Shown: positions 45,627-54,545 of the stretch, in pieces
Layout: the number at the start of each line of letters is the position of its first letter
How positions within the stretch are numbered: position 1 is the stretch's first letter
Source: Acidimicrobiales bacterium
GTDB taxonomy: Bacteria; Actinomycetota; Acidimicrobiia; Acidimicrobiales; SKKL01
Direction of reading: 5' to 3'
NCBI GenBank assembly: GCA_046543225.1
Contig: JBKGZW010000001.1
Coordinates: 1-59,132, forward strand
DNA: 59,132 nt
Program-made: the position numbers and the translations under genes
The notes under the pieces: model-generated
The model's input: only the letters and a program-made list of their open reading frames with translations
Database searches by the model: none
What the model was told of the DNA's origin: nothing

Positions 45627-46004
45627 CTACGCCAGGTCGTGGGCGCTGATGCCCTCGTAGAGGTCGATGTCGGGGGGTCCGGTGAGCAGACCGGTGCAGG
45701 CCTGGGCCATCTCGACCATGTCGGAGGAGTCGAAGTGGGTCTGCTGGGCGGCAGGGGAGTCCCACTTGGACACGATGGTGTGTCGCAGCGGATCGGTCAC
45801 CGACACCAACAGGTCGATGTTGCGGCACCCGGGGTGGCCGCGGCTCATCACCACGTACTTGGACAGCACGCCCTGCAGCGCCACGGGGTCGGCGGCGTCG
45901 AAGCGCATGATCACCACCGTCAGCTCGACCTCCTCCGGTGACCCGGAGCGTTCGCCCCCTGTGGATGGATCGTCGAGCACGCTTTCGCCTCCTCCTGTGG
46001 ACAA
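45627..46004 (-). CDS. ABM-domain (antibiotic biosynthesis monooxygenase-like) protein
   Basis: LTVVIMRFDAADPVALQGVLSKYVVMSRGHPGCRNIDLLVS...TIVSKWDSPAAQQTHF is the ferredoxin-like ABM fold. The true start may be the internal GTG at 45917, downstream of GGAGGAGG. Confidence 0.6.
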   Translation of the reverse strand: MSTGGGESVLDDPSTGGERSGSPEEVELTVVIMRFDAADPVALQGVLSKYVVMSRGHPGCRNIDLLVSVTDPLRHTIVSKWDSPAAQQTHFDSSDMVEMAQACTGLLTGPPDIDLYEGISAHDLA

Positions 46005-46223
46005 CCCCCGAAAACTAGCGGCTGACCAGGTCGTTCGACAGATGTTCGTCTACCCGGGTGGGTGCCCTTGACCGGACCGGTATCGTTACAGAGGTCAGTC
46101 CACCCGACAATGCGTGGCCACCTCCGCCACCCAGCGTTTCCCTGGATCAGGGTCACGTCGGGTGCGTGCACACCCTGCACGAGGCGGCCCGACGGTTCAT
46201 CCCTGCCAAGAGAAGGTGCCGCT

Positions 46224-47159
46224 GTGGCAAAGGAGCGAGTCGAGCGGGACGAGGAAGACCTCGTCCGCTTGTATCTCACCGACATCGGGCAGTACCCACT
46301 GCTCACCAAGAACGACGAAGTGCGTCTCGCCCAGGCCATCGAGGCCGGCAACGAGGCGCGGACCGAGCTCGAAGCCTCCACCGACCTCACCCCGGCCCGC
46401 AAGCGCGAGCTGCGTCGCGCTGCCCGCAAGGGCGAAGACGCCGAGAGCACCTTCGTGCAGTCCAACCTGCGTCTGGTGGTGTCGATCGCCAAGAAGTACC
46501 AGGCCTCGGGGCTGCCGCTGCTCGACCTCATCCAGGAGGGCAACCTGGGCCTCATGCACGCGGTCGAGAAGTTCGACTGGCGCAAGGGGTTCAAGTTCTC
46601 CACCTACGCCACCTGGTGGATCCGCCAGGCCATCACCCGCGGCATCGCCAACACCGGCCGCACCATCCGCCTCCCGGTCCACGCCGGCGACACTCTCGCC
46701 CGTCTCCAGAAGGCCCGTGCCCGCCTCGAGCTCAAGCTCGGGCGCCCCGCCACCCTCGCCGAGCTCTCGGCCGAGGTCGAGATGCCCGAGGACAAGGTCA
46801 CCGAGGCGCTGCGCTTCGCGGCCGAGCCGCTGTCGCTGTCCGAGCCGTTGCGCGAAGACGGCGATGCCGAGCTCGGCGACGTGGTCGAGGACCGCTCGGC
46901 CGAGTCGCCCTTCGAGGTGGCCGCCACCGCACTGTTGCCCGAGGAGATCAGCCGGCTGCTCGCTCCCCTCGACGAGCGCGAGCGCGAGATCCTCAAGCTG
47001 CGCTTCGGTCTCGACCGCGGCGAGCCCCGCACCCTCGAAGAGGTCGGCGAGCACTTCAACCTCACCCGTGAGCGCATCCGCCAGATCGAGGCCAGGGCCA
47101 TGTCGAAGCTGCGGCACCCGTCCTCCGACACCGGCGCACGCGACCTGCTCGCGGTCTAG
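46224..47159 (+). CDS. RpoD-family sigma-70 factor without region 1.1 (group 2-like)
   Basis: GTG 46224 within ORF 46062..47159. [17 protein letters not shown] is region 1.2. [38 protein letters not shown] is region 2. [30 protein letters not shown] is region 4.2. Confidence 0.9.
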   Translation: MAKERVERDEEDLVRLYLTDIGQYPLLTKNDEVRLAQAIEAGNEARTELEASTDLTPARKRELRRAARKGEDAESTFVQSNLRLVVSIAKKYQASGLPLLDLIQEGNLGLMHAVEKFDWRKGFKFSTYATWWIRQAITRGIANTGRTIRLPVHAGDTLARLQKARARLELKLGRPATLAELSAEVEMPEDKVTEALRFAAEPLSLSEPLREDGDAELGDVVEDRSAESPFEVAATALLPEEISRLLAPLDEREREILKLRFGLDRGEPRTLEEVGEHFNLTRERIRQIEARAMSKLRHPSSDTGARDLLAV

Positions 47160-47167
47160 CCGATTCT

Positions 47168-47186
47168 GCGCCGGCGGTGCCGGCGC
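47168..47186 (+). terminator. 8-bp GC hairpin after the sigma factor gene
   Basis: GCGCCGGC-ggt-GCCGGCGC starts 9 nt after the TAG stop. Confidence 0.4.
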
Positions 47187-47227
47187 CTAGACTGCGGCGA
47201 TGAAGAAGCTCGTGCTGTTCGCTGTGC

Positions 47228-48103
47228 TCATCGCCCTCGCCGTCGTGGCATCCAAGAAGCTGCGGGACGTCTGAACCAACCCCGCACCTGAACCGAGCGC
47301 CCGGCGAACCCGTTGCCGGGCGCCTTGTCGCGCAGCAACCACCACAGGGCGAGCCCTGCGACGCCGAAGGCCACCATGGCACCGCCGCCGATCCCCGCCG
47401 CGGCACGGATCGGGACCGGACGGCGCGACCGCATCGAGATCGGGCGCTCGAACACCCGGATCTCCCACCCGTTCTCGCTCGCCGCCTTGAGCAGCTCGCG
47501 GTCGGGGTTGACCGCCACGGGGTTGCCGACGGCCTCGAGCATCGGCAGGTCGGTGGCCGAGTCGGTGTAGGCGTAGGACCGATCCAGGTCGATCCCCAGG
47601 CGCTCGGCCTCGTCGCGCATGGCCTGGGCCTTGAACGGGCCGAAGGCGTAGAACTCGACATCACCGGTGTAGCGGCCGTCCTCGTCGAGGCGGGCGCGGG
47701 TGGCGATGGCCTGGTCGGCACCGAGGTGGCGGGCCAAGGGGGCGACGACCTCCTCGGGTGAGGCCGAGACGACATAGACCCGGCGGCCGGCCGCACGGTG
47801 CTCGCGGATCAACTCGAGCGCCTCGGCGTAGATGATCGGGTCGATGACCTCGTCGAGGGTCTCCTCGACCAGCTCGCGGATGTGGGCCTGGGGCCAGCCC
47901 TTGGTGACCCGCAGCGCCGACTCGCGCATCCGGGCCATGCGGTCGTCGTCGGCGCCGAAGTAGTGGAACACGAACTGGCCGTACAGCGCCCGCAGGACGA
48001 GCCATCGCGACAGATACCCCGCCCGGTGCAGCGGCCGGCTGAAGGCGACCAGCGCGGCCCTGGCGATGATCGTCTTGTCGAGGTCGAAGAACGCGGCCTG
48101 CAC
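47228..48103 (-). CDS. HAD-IB family hydrolase (SerB-like) with C-terminal TM segment
   Basis: AAFFDLDKTII is HAD motif I. VYVVSASP is motif II. AYTDSATDLPMLEAVGNPVAVNP is motif IV. The C-terminal TM segment is GGGAMVAFGVAGLALWWLL. Confidence 0.85.
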   Translation of the reverse strand: MQAAFFDLDKTIIARAALVAFSRPLHRAGYLSRWLVLRALYGQFVFHYFGADDDRMARMRESALRVTKGWPQAHIRELVEETLDEVIDPIIYAEALELIREHRAAGRRVYVVSASPEEVVAPLARHLGADQAIATRARLDEDGRYTGDVEFYAFGPFKAQAMRDEAERLGIDLDRSYAYTDSATDLPMLEAVGNPVAVNPDRELLKAASENGWEIRVFERPISMRSRRPVPIRAAAGIGGGAMVAFGVAGLALWWLLRDKAPGNGFAGRSVQVRGWFRRPAASWMPRRRGR

Positions 48104-48152
48104 CCGGCCAGCCTATGGCGCGCCGGCCGGTGAACGAGGCCATCCCGATCCC

Positions 48153-48180
48153 TTGCACCTCGCGCTACACCTGATAGCAT
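48153..48180 (+). promoter_or_regulatory. Candidate sigma-70-type promoter for the Tad-like operon
   Basis: TTGCAC (48153-48158), a 16-nt spacer, then TAGCAT (48175-48180), about 65 nt upstream of ATG 48245. This rests on pattern match only. Confidence 0.3.
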
Positions 48181-48244
48181 TTCATGCACTTCCCACCACA
48201 CCTCCCCCTCCATCCGAACACGAACAGCTTCACGGGGAGGACCC

Positions 48245-48901
48245 ATGGTCGTGTCCTGCTGGTCCGCCAAGGGCGGCTCCGGCACCACCGTGGTGGCGGC
48301 TTCGCTGGCGCTGGTGCTGGCTCGGGCCCCTGGCGACGAGGTGCTGCTGGTCGACCTCGCCGGCGACGTCCCGGCCGCGCTCGGTCTGGCCGAGCCCGCC
48401 GGCCCCGGCGTCATGGACTGGGCGGAGGCGGGCAGCGATGTCCCCGCCGACGCGCTGGCCCGCCTCGAGGTGCCGGTCGGGCCCCGGGTGGCGCTGCTGC
48501 CGAGGGGAGCGGGTCCTGGTGTCGTCGCCACCGAGCGGATGGAGCTGCTGGCAGCGATGCTCGCCGCCGACGACCGCACGGTGGTCGTCGACTGCGGCAC
48601 CCTCACCGCCGAGACGGTCGCGCTCCCCATGGCGGCGGGAGCCACCGTCTCGCTCCTGGTCACCCGGGCCTGCTACCTGTCGCTGCGGCGGGCCGTGGCC
48701 GCCCCCATCCGCCCCAGCGCGGTGGCCCTGGTCAACGAACCGGGCCGGGCGCTCGACCGTCGCGACATCGAATCGATCCTCGGCGTGCCGGTCACCGCCG
48801 AGATCACCGTCGATCCCGGTGTGGCCCGGGCCGTCGACGCCGGGCTGTTGGCCAGCCGGCTCCCCCGGAGCCTGCAGCGGGCGCTGCGTGATGCCGGGTG
48901 A
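48245..48901 (+). CDS. CpaE/Ssd-like ParA-superfamily protein of the helicase/secretion neighbourhood
   Basis: MVVSCWSAKGGSGTTVVAASLALVLA is a degenerate deviant Walker A. The gene is first in the Tad-like gene set. Confidence 0.75.
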   Translation: MVVSCWSAKGGSGTTVVAASLALVLARAPGDEVLLVDLAGDVPAALGLAEPAGPGVMDWAEAGSDVPADALARLEVPVGPRVALLPRGAGPGVVATERMELLAAMLAADDRTVVVDCGTLTAETVALPMAAGATVSLLVTRACYLSLRRAVAAPIRPSAVALVNEPGRALDRRDIESILGVPVTAEITVDPGVARAVDAGLLASRLPRSLQRALRDAG

Positions 48902-50085
48902 GCGATCCATCGGTGCTGGCCCTGGTCGACACCGTGCACCACCGTCTGCTCGCCGAGTGGGGTGACGAGCACGCAGGCGACACCTCTCAGGTGGCGGCCG
49001 GCGAGGACCGCGTCCGCGCCCTGGTGCACCACGAGGCGCCCCTGCTGCCGAGCGACCGGCTCGCGGCGGTCGTCCGTGCCGTGCAGGCACGGGTCACCGG
49101 GCTCGGTCCCCTCGAACCGCTCCTCGCCGACCCCGCGGTCACCGAGGTCATGGTCAACGGTGCCGGCCCGGTGTGGGTCGAGCGGGCGGGCGAGGTCACC
49201 GCCACCACCACCGAGCTCGACGAGCCCACCGTGTCGCGACTCATCGAGCGCATCGTCGCTCCCCTGGGCCTGCGGGTCGACCGCTCGTCGCCGATGGTCG
49301 ACGCCCGGCTCCCCGACGGCTCGCGCGTCAACGCGGTCGTGCGCCCCCTGGCCATCGACGGTCCGTGCCTCACCATCCGCCGGTTCGGATCCAAGCCGGT
49401 CCCCCTCCCCGCCTTCGCCGACGGGCCGGTCGCCGAGCTGTTGGGTCAGGTGGTGCACGAACGACGCAACGTGGTGGTCTCGGGCGGCACCGGGGCGGGC
49501 AAGACCACCCTGTTGAACGCGCTGGCCGGCGAGATCCCCCTGACCGAGCGGGTGGTCACCATCGAGGACAGCGCCGAGCTGCGCCTCCCCGGCGACCACG
49601 TCGTGCGGCTCGAGGCCCGTCCCGCCAGCGCCGACGGGCTCGGGGCGGTGTCGATCCGCGACCTGGTCCGCAACGCACTGCGCATGCGCCCCGACCGCAT
49701 CGTCGTGGGCGAGGTCCGCGGGGCCGAGGCACTCGACATGTTGGCGGCCATGAACACCGGCCACGACGGCGCCCTGTCCACCTGCCACGCGAACAGTCCC
49801 GAGGACGCCCTGCGTCGGCTCGAGACCCTCAGCCTCCTCGCAGGGGTCGATGTGCCGCTCGACGCCATCCGCGAGCAACTGGTCGCCGCGGTCGACCTGG
49901 TGGTACAGGTCGCCCGGTGCCACGACGGCGCCCGCCGGGTCGTGTCGGTCGGCGAACCCGTCGAGGGCGGTCAGCGGACTCGCTTGCGGTGCCGTCCGGT
50001 CGTCGACGACCGGGGCCGGGTGGCGGCGCCCGAGCGCCCACCACGCGGCGGGAGCGCCCATCCCGACGAGGCGGCGATCCCATGA
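48898..50085 (+). CDS. TadA/CpaF-family secretion ATPase
   Basis: GTGA overlap. VMVNGAGPVWVER...DARLPDGSRVNAV...LTIRRF...VVSGGTGAGKTTLLNAL is Walker A. RIVVGEVRGAEALDML...TGHDGALSTCHAN are the Asp and His boxes. Confidence 0.92.
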   Translation: MSDPSVLALVDTVHHRLLAEWGDEHAGDTSQVAAGEDRVRALVHHEAPLLPSDRLAAVVRAVQARVTGLGPLEPLLADPAVTEVMVNGAGPVWVERAGEVTATTTELDEPTVSRLIERIVAPLGLRVDRSSPMVDARLPDGSRVNAVVRPLAIDGPCLTIRRFGSKPVPLPAFADGPVAELLGQVVHERRNVVVSGGTGAGKTTLLNALAGEIPLTERVVTIEDSAELRLPGDHVVRLEARPASADGLGAVSIRDLVRNALRMRPDRIVVGEVRGAEALDMLAAMNTGHDGALSTCHANSPEDALRRLETLSLLAGVDVPLDAIREQLVAAVDLVVQVARCHDGARRVVSVGEPVEGGQRTRLRCRPVVDDRGRVAAPERPPRGGSAHPDEAAIP

Positions 50086-50972
50086 GCCCGGTCACCTTCG
50101 CTGCCGCGGCCGCGTCGTCGGCGGTGCTGGCGGCTGCCGCGGCGTGGGTGCGTCCGCTGGCGTTGACGGCGACCGCACGCCCACGCGTCCTGGAGCCCTC
50201 CGGCGCGGCGCCCGCACAGGCGGCACCCGCCTGTCCCGGCTGGTTCGCCGAGGCTGCCGCCCGGGCCGATCTCCCCGAACCGCTCGATCGGTGGTGGTGG
50301 TCGGCGATCGGCAGCGTCGTCGCGGCCGCTCTCGCCGGGTGGGCGCTCGGCGGTCCGGTGCTGGCGATCCTGTGCTCGGGTGGGGTCGCCGTCGCCGCCA
50401 TCGCAGTCCTGCGCGCCGCCCGGCACCGGCGCGACGAACGGCTCGCCCGCTCGGTGCCCGACGCGCTCGAGGCGATCGCCCGGTCGACCAGGGCTGGCTC
50501 GTCGGTCGTGCAGGCGATGGCCTCGCTCGCCGGCGACGGAGCCAGTCCCGCCGATCGCCTGTTCGCATCCGTCGCCACCCGGGTGCACCGCGGCGAGTCG
50601 CTCCCCGACGCCCTCGAGGGGGTCGTCGCCACCAACGAGTTGGTGGCGGTCCGCCTGGCCGTCGCGGCGCTGCTGGTCGGCGCCGAGACCGGGGCCGCCC
50701 CTGGTCGGGCGGTCGAGGGGGTCGCCGCGACCCTGCGCGACCGGGCTGCGCTCGACCGAGAAGCGACCGCCAACGCCAGCCAGGCCAGGGCATCGGTGGC
50801 GGTGCTGGTCCTCGCTCCGCTGGGGTTCGGCGTGTTCGCGGTGGCGACCGATCCACGGGTGGGCGAGTTCCTGTTCCGCTCCTGGGTGGGGTGGGTGTGC
50901 TTGGGGCTGGGACTGGGTCTCGATGCGCTGGGGTGGCTGTGGATGCGGTCGATCATGAGGGCCGCGAGGTGA
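50082..50972 (+). CDS. TadB-like type II secretion system F-domain membrane protein
   Basis: ATGA overlap, in the frame of ORF 49173..50972. The T2SSF-like core is PDALEAIARSTRAGSSVVQAM...ESLPDALEG, flanked by TM helices. Confidence 0.75.
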   Translation: MSPVTFAAAAASSAVLAAAAAWVRPLALTATARPRVLEPSGAAPAQAAPACPGWFAEAAARADLPEPLDRWWWSAIGSVVAAALAGWALGGPVLAILCSGGVAVAAIAVLRAARHRRDERLARSVPDALEAIARSTRAGSSVVQAMASLAGDGASPADRLFASVATRVHRGESLPDALEGVVATNELVAVRLAVAALLVGAETGAAPGRAVEGVAATLRDRAALDREATANASQARASVAVLVLAPLGFGVFAVATDPRVGEFLFRSWVGWVCLGLGLGLDALGWLWMRSIMRAAR

Positions 50973-51748
50973 CCCCCGCCCTTCCCGCGCTCCTGGCGGG
51001 GGCGGCGGTGCTGGCGCTGGCCGGGGCGAGGCGGCCGGTGGCGTCGGACCGGGCCCGGGCCCTGGCGCAGCCGGCGGTCGATGCCCCGCGTCGTGGTCGT
51101 GGGCCGCTGGAGGCGATCGGCGGACCGGTCCGCCGTGTGCTCGGCCGGCCACCGGATCCCCGCGCCGATCGGCGGGTGGGGTGGGCGATCCTGATCGGGT
51201 TCGGGCTCGTCGCCGTCATGCCACCGATGGCACTCGTGTGGGGCGCGGGGTTCGGCGTGGTCTCGGTGGTCCGTCGTCGTCGTGGACGGGAACGGGCCGA
51301 ACGGGCGATGTTCGACGAGCTTCCCGAGGTCGTCGACCTGCTGTCGCTGGCGGTCTCGGCGGGGCTCACCGTGCCCCTCGCACTGGGAGTGGTGGCCGAC
51401 CGCGGTCACGGGCGACTGGCCGGGGAGCTCGGGCGGGCACGGCGCGCCGCCGAGCTGGGGACCGGTCTCGCCGACGCCATCGACGCCATCCCCGCCCGGT
51501 TGGGCGACGAGGTCCGGCCCATCACCCGGCTGCTGTCCGCGTCGTTGCGCGACGGCACCTCCATCGCCGATGCGCTGGGCCGGGTCGCGGGAGAGGTCCG
51601 CACCGAGCGCCGCCGCCGTGCCGAGGTACGAGCCCGCAAGGTCTCGGTCCGCCTGCTGTTCCCCCTCGTGTGCTGTGTGCTGCCCGCCTTCGCGCTGCTC
51701 ACCGTCGTCCCCCTCCTCGCCGGATCGCTCAGCTCCATCTCGTTCTGA
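50969..51748 (+). CDS. TadC-like type II secretion system F-domain membrane protein
   Basis: GTGA overlap, in the frame of ORF 49850..51748. ELPEVVDLLSLAVSAGLTVPLAL...GTSIADAL, with C-terminal TM helices. Confidence 0.75.
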   Translation: MTPALPALLAGAAVLALAGARRPVASDRARALAQPAVDAPRRGRGPLEAIGGPVRRVLGRPPDPRADRRVGWAILIGFGLVAVMPPMALVWGAGFGVVSVVRRRRGRERAERAMFDELPEVVDLLSLAVSAGLTVPLALGVVADRGHGRLAGELGRARRAAELGTGLADAIDAIPARLGDEVRPITRLLSASLRDGTSIADALGRVAGEVRTERRRRAEVRARKVSVRLLFPLVCCVLPAFALLTVVPLLAGSLSSISF

Positions 51749-51823
51749 TCGCCGCCCGGTCCGGCTCCCCACCTCCCCCGTCGACTCCCCCTCCATCCTG
51801 CTCCACGCCTTGGAGGCATCCTC

Positions 51824-52132
51824 ATGTCCACGTCGAACCCCGTCGCGCTCGCCCTCGTCGACCTCGATCCGCCCCCGACCCCACCGGCCCCACGCCGCCG
51901 CGACCTGGTGCTGCGGGCCGCCGCGGCGGCGCACAGCACCGGGGCGATCGCCCTCGAACGGCTCCGTGGGGGCCGTGGCGACGACCGCGGCCAGTCCACC
52001 GCCGAGTACGCGCTGGTCATCCTGGGCGCGGCCGCGGTGGCGGCGCTCCTGGCCGCATGGGCCGGTCAGACCAACAAGATCGGCGAGCTCCTCGACGCCG
52101 TGCTCGACAAGATCATCAGCCAGTTCCGGTGA
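51824..52132 (+). CDS. Flp-type pilin-like protein (DUF4244 family)
   Basis: The Flp motif RG/QSTAEYALVILGAAAVAALLAAW is present. The ATG 51824 ORF gives a leader of about 56 aa, and an internal GTG near 51906 would give a more typical length. Confidence 0.7.
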   Translation: MSTSNPVALALVDLDPPPTPPAPRRRDLVLRAAAAAHSTGAIALERLRGGRGDDRGQSTAEYALVILGAAAVAALLAAWAGQTNKIGELLDAVLDKIISQFR

Positions 52133-52497
52133 CACCCGCACGGGAGGACGACGGCCAGGCCGCGGTCGAGCTGGCGCTCGTCCTCCCGCTGGTGTGTCTG
52201 CTGCTGCTGGCGGTGGTCCAGATCGGACTGGTGGTCCACACCCAGCTCGTGGTGGCCCACGCGGCACGCGAGGGAGCGCGGGCGGCGGCGGTCGACGAGC
52301 ACCCGCTCGCCGCCGAGGCGGCGGTGGTCGCGGGCACCCCTCTCGACCGCGACCGGGTGGCCGTCGACGCCCGCACCGCGGGCGAGCGCGTCGAGGTCGA
52401 GGTCCGCTACCAGTACCCCACCGATCTGCCCCTGATCGGCGTGGTCGTGCCCGACGTCGAGCTCTCGGCCACGGCCACCATGCGACGAGAGGAGTGA
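52129..52497 (+). CDS. TadE-family pseudopilin-like protein
   Basis: GTGA overlap, in the frame of ORF 51181..52497. DDGQAAVELALVLPLVCLLLLAVVQIGLVV is the TadE N-terminal motif. Confidence 0.75.
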   Translation: MTPAREDDGQAAVELALVLPLVCLLLLAVVQIGLVVHTQLVVAHAAREGARAAAVDEHPLAAEAAVVAGTPLDRDRVAVDARTAGERVEVEVRYQYPTDLPLIGVVVPDVELSATATMRREE

Positions 52498-52503
52498 GGC
52501 GCT

Positions 52504-52519
52504 ACGAACACCTGTTCGT
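52504..52519. promoter_or_regulatory. LexA-type SOS box (ACGAAC-acct-GTTCGT) overlapping the promoter of the alkB-like gene
   Basis: This is a perfect 16-bp palindrome whose CGAAC-N4-GTTCG core matches the actinobacterial TCGAAC-N4-GTTCGA consensus. TAGGCT (52521-52526) is a -10-like hexamer ending 7 nt before ATG 52534. Confidence 0.55.
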
Positions 52520-52533
52520 CTAGGCTGGTTGCG

Positions 52534-53142
52534 ATGAGCATCCAGGAGTGCTGGCAGCCGTCACTGCTCGACCAAGGCCCCCAGCGCGGCGGCCTGAGCT
52601 TCGCCCACGCGCACCGGCACGACCTGGGTCGGGGAGCGTGGGTCGAGGAGATCCCCTTCGCGGCGACCGGGACCGACGAGCTGTTCGAGCAGGTGCATGG
52701 CCGCGCGCCGTGGGGCGGGGTCGAGACCCGACCGATGTATGACCGCATCGTCGAGGTCCCGCGCCTGCACAGCGGGGTGTGGCCCGACCCGCCACCGCCG
52801 GTGCCGGCCATGGCCGAGGCGCTCTCGGTTCGCTACGGCACCGCGCTCAGCAGCATCTCGGCCAACCTCTACCGCGACGGACGCGACTCGGTCGCCTGGC
52901 ACGGCGATCGGGTCGGCCGTCACCGGGCGGTCACGGTGGTGGCCATCCTCACCCTCGGGTGCCCCCGCCGCTTCCTGCTGCGCCCCAACGGCGGCGGGCC
53001 CTCGTGGGCGTTCGAGCCGGGGCCCGGCGACCTGCTGGTGATGGGTGGCACCTGCCAGCGCACCTTCGAGCACTCGGTGCCCAAGCGGGCCAGGGCCGGG
53101 CCCCGCATCTGCGTGATGTTCCGCGAACCCGGCGGCAACTGA
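52534..53142 (+). CDS. alkB: AlkB-like Fe(II)/2-oxoglutarate-dependent dioxygenase (alkylated nucleic-acid repair)
   Basis: 202 aa. SANLYRDGRDSVAWHGD contains the HxD motif. The sequence continues GDLLVMGGTCQRTFEHSVP with the distal His, then GPRICVMFRE (RxxxTFR-like). Confidence 0.8.
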   Translation: MSIQECWQPSLLDQGPQRGGLSFAHAHRHDLGRGAWVEEIPFAATGTDELFEQVHGRAPWGGVETRPMYDRIVEVPRLHSGVWPDPPPPVPAMAEALSVRYGTALSSISANLYRDGRDSVAWHGDRVGRHRAVTVVAILTLGCPRRFLLRPNGGGPSWAFEPGPGDLLVMGGTCQRTFEHSVPKRARAGPRICVMFREPGGN

Positions 53143-53157
53143 CGCCGCCGACGAGGT

Positions 53158-54288
53158 TCAGGTGCCGGCGCCGGAGAGCGCCACGGGCACCCCTCGGCGT
53201 TGGTCACGATCGACGTGGTCCCGCAGGTACTCGATCAGCTCGCCCCGCCCGCAGCACTCGTCGCGGTGACCGGGATCGTGGCGCTCCTCGAGCGACCGCT
53301 GGTGCGGGCATCCCCCGTGGCAGACCTCGAAGTGCTCGCAGCCCGTTCGTTGTTCGGCCGCGGCGGCGTCGGCGGCCCGTCGCTCGAGCAGCCGGACGTT
53401 GCGACGGATGCGGGTGAAGTCGCCGGTGAGGATCGACCCGAACTGGTAGCGCTCGTCGCCGAGGAAGCGGGCGCAGTGGGCCACGTCGCCGTTGGGTTCG
53501 ACCATGAAGAAGGTGCCGACGCAGTCGCCGGCCAGGGTGCAGGTCGACCCGGCCCCGCCCCGGATCTGGGCCACCAGCGAGTCCAGCTCGCGGATGCGCA
53601 GACCGGGGTCGCCGTGGTCGAGCCAGCAGCGGTGCAGCTCGATGAGGAAGGCGTTCATCTCGGCCCGGCTCAGGTACTGGTCGCCGGCCTCACCGGCGGG
53701 CAGCGAGTTCGGGGGGCGCACGGCGTTGAACCCCACCCCACGGGCGCCGAGCGCGACCAGGACCTCGAGGGTGTGTTCGGCACCGGCGGCCACCGTCTCC
53801 CGATCCACCGTCAACAGGATCCCCGGGTCGACGCCGTGGGCCCGGAGCCGCTCGAGCCCCTCGATCACCGCGTCGTAGGACCCCGACCCGTCGACCCGGA
53901 TGCGGGTGCGGTCGTGCGCCTCGCGGGGCCCGTCGACGCTGACCCCCACCCCGAAGCGCTCGCGGGCGAGAAAGCGCGCCCACTCGTCGGTCACCAGGGT
54001 GGCGTTGGTCTGGAGGCTGTTGCGGACGAGCTGCCCCGGCCGCCGGTAGCGGGCCTGCAGCTCCAGCGCGGTCTCATAGAACCGGATCGGAAGCACCAGC
54101 GGCTCGCCGCCGTGCCAGCCGAAGTCGACCGCGTCGTGGTGCGGGTCGGTGCAGGCGGCGTGGACCAGGTGGGCGAGCACCTCGAAGCTCATCGTGTTGC
54201 CGGGGCCCGCCCGCCAGTCGTCGCAGTAGCTGCAGCGCAGGTTGCACAGCCGGGTGGCCTTCACGGTGAGCGCCAGCTGGCGGGTCAT
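53158..54288 (-). CDS. Radical SAM / SPASM-domain enzyme (anSME / peptide-maturase-like)
   Basis: 376 aa. The CX3CX2C motif sits at residues 16-23 (LCNLRCSYC). GGEPL is present. The C-terminal SPASM Cys clusters are CTLAGDC...VAHCARF and CEHFEVCHGGCPHQR...ECC. There is no N-terminal extension that could hold an RRE. Confidence 0.9.
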   Translation of the reverse strand: MTRQLALTVKATRLCNLRCSYCDDWRAGPGNTMSFEVLAHLVHAACTDPHHDAVDFGWHGGEPLVLPIRFYETALELQARYRRPGQLVRNSLQTNATLVTDEWARFLARERFGVGVSVDGPREAHDRTRIRVDGSGSYDAVIEGLERLRAHGVDPGILLTVDRETVAAGAEHTLEVLVALGARGVGFNAVRPPNSLPAGEAGDQYLSRAEMNAFLIELHRCWLDHGDPGLRIRELDSLVAQIRGGAGSTCTLAGDCVGTFFMVEPNGDVAHCARFLGDERYQFGSILTGDFTRIRRNVRLLERRAADAAAAEQRTGCEHFEVCHGGCPHQRSLEERHDPGHRDECCGRGELIEYLRDHVDRDQRRGVPVALSGAGT

Positions 54289-54545
54289 CGGTCCGACCCC
54301 CCGGTCGGGCCACCAGGAAGGCCGCCACGCTCGGCCTCGAGACGATCGAGCACCGAGCGTTGGTCGTCGTCGAACCCCGACCCGAGGTGGCGGCGCCGGT
54401 CGAGCGGGTCCATGGCCGACACCAACACCGCCCGCAGGAGGCGGCGCTCGGTGTCGGGGAGCTCCTCGTCGAGCTCGGCCAGTCGTGCCGCCAGCGCCGC
54501 CACGTCCTCGTCGGTGGCGGGGTCGTCGGCGGTGGGATCGTCCAT
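54285..54545 (-). CDS. Small acidic Cys-free protein B (86 aa), paralogous to protein A
   Basis: Internal ATG 54545 of ORF 54285..54782. Its stop overlaps the radical SAM ATG (ATGA), and its ATG shares one nt with the stop of protein A (TGATG). The sequence is MDDPTADDPATDEDVAALAARLAELDEELPDTERRLLRAVLVSAMDPLDRRRHLGSGFDDDQRSVLDRLEAERGGLPGGPTGGSDR. Confidence 0.6.
   Translation of the reverse strand: MDDPTADDPATDEDVAALAARLAELDEELPDTERRLLRAVLVSAMDPLDRRRHLGSGFDDDQRSVLDRLEAERGGLPGGPTGGSDR

Noticed and set aside
49829-52267. 812-aa minus-strand ORF across the Tad-like genes
   Set aside because: It is antisense to five genes that are linked by 4-nt overlaps and carry family motifs. Its translation is an Arg/Pro/Ala-rich repeat-like sequence.
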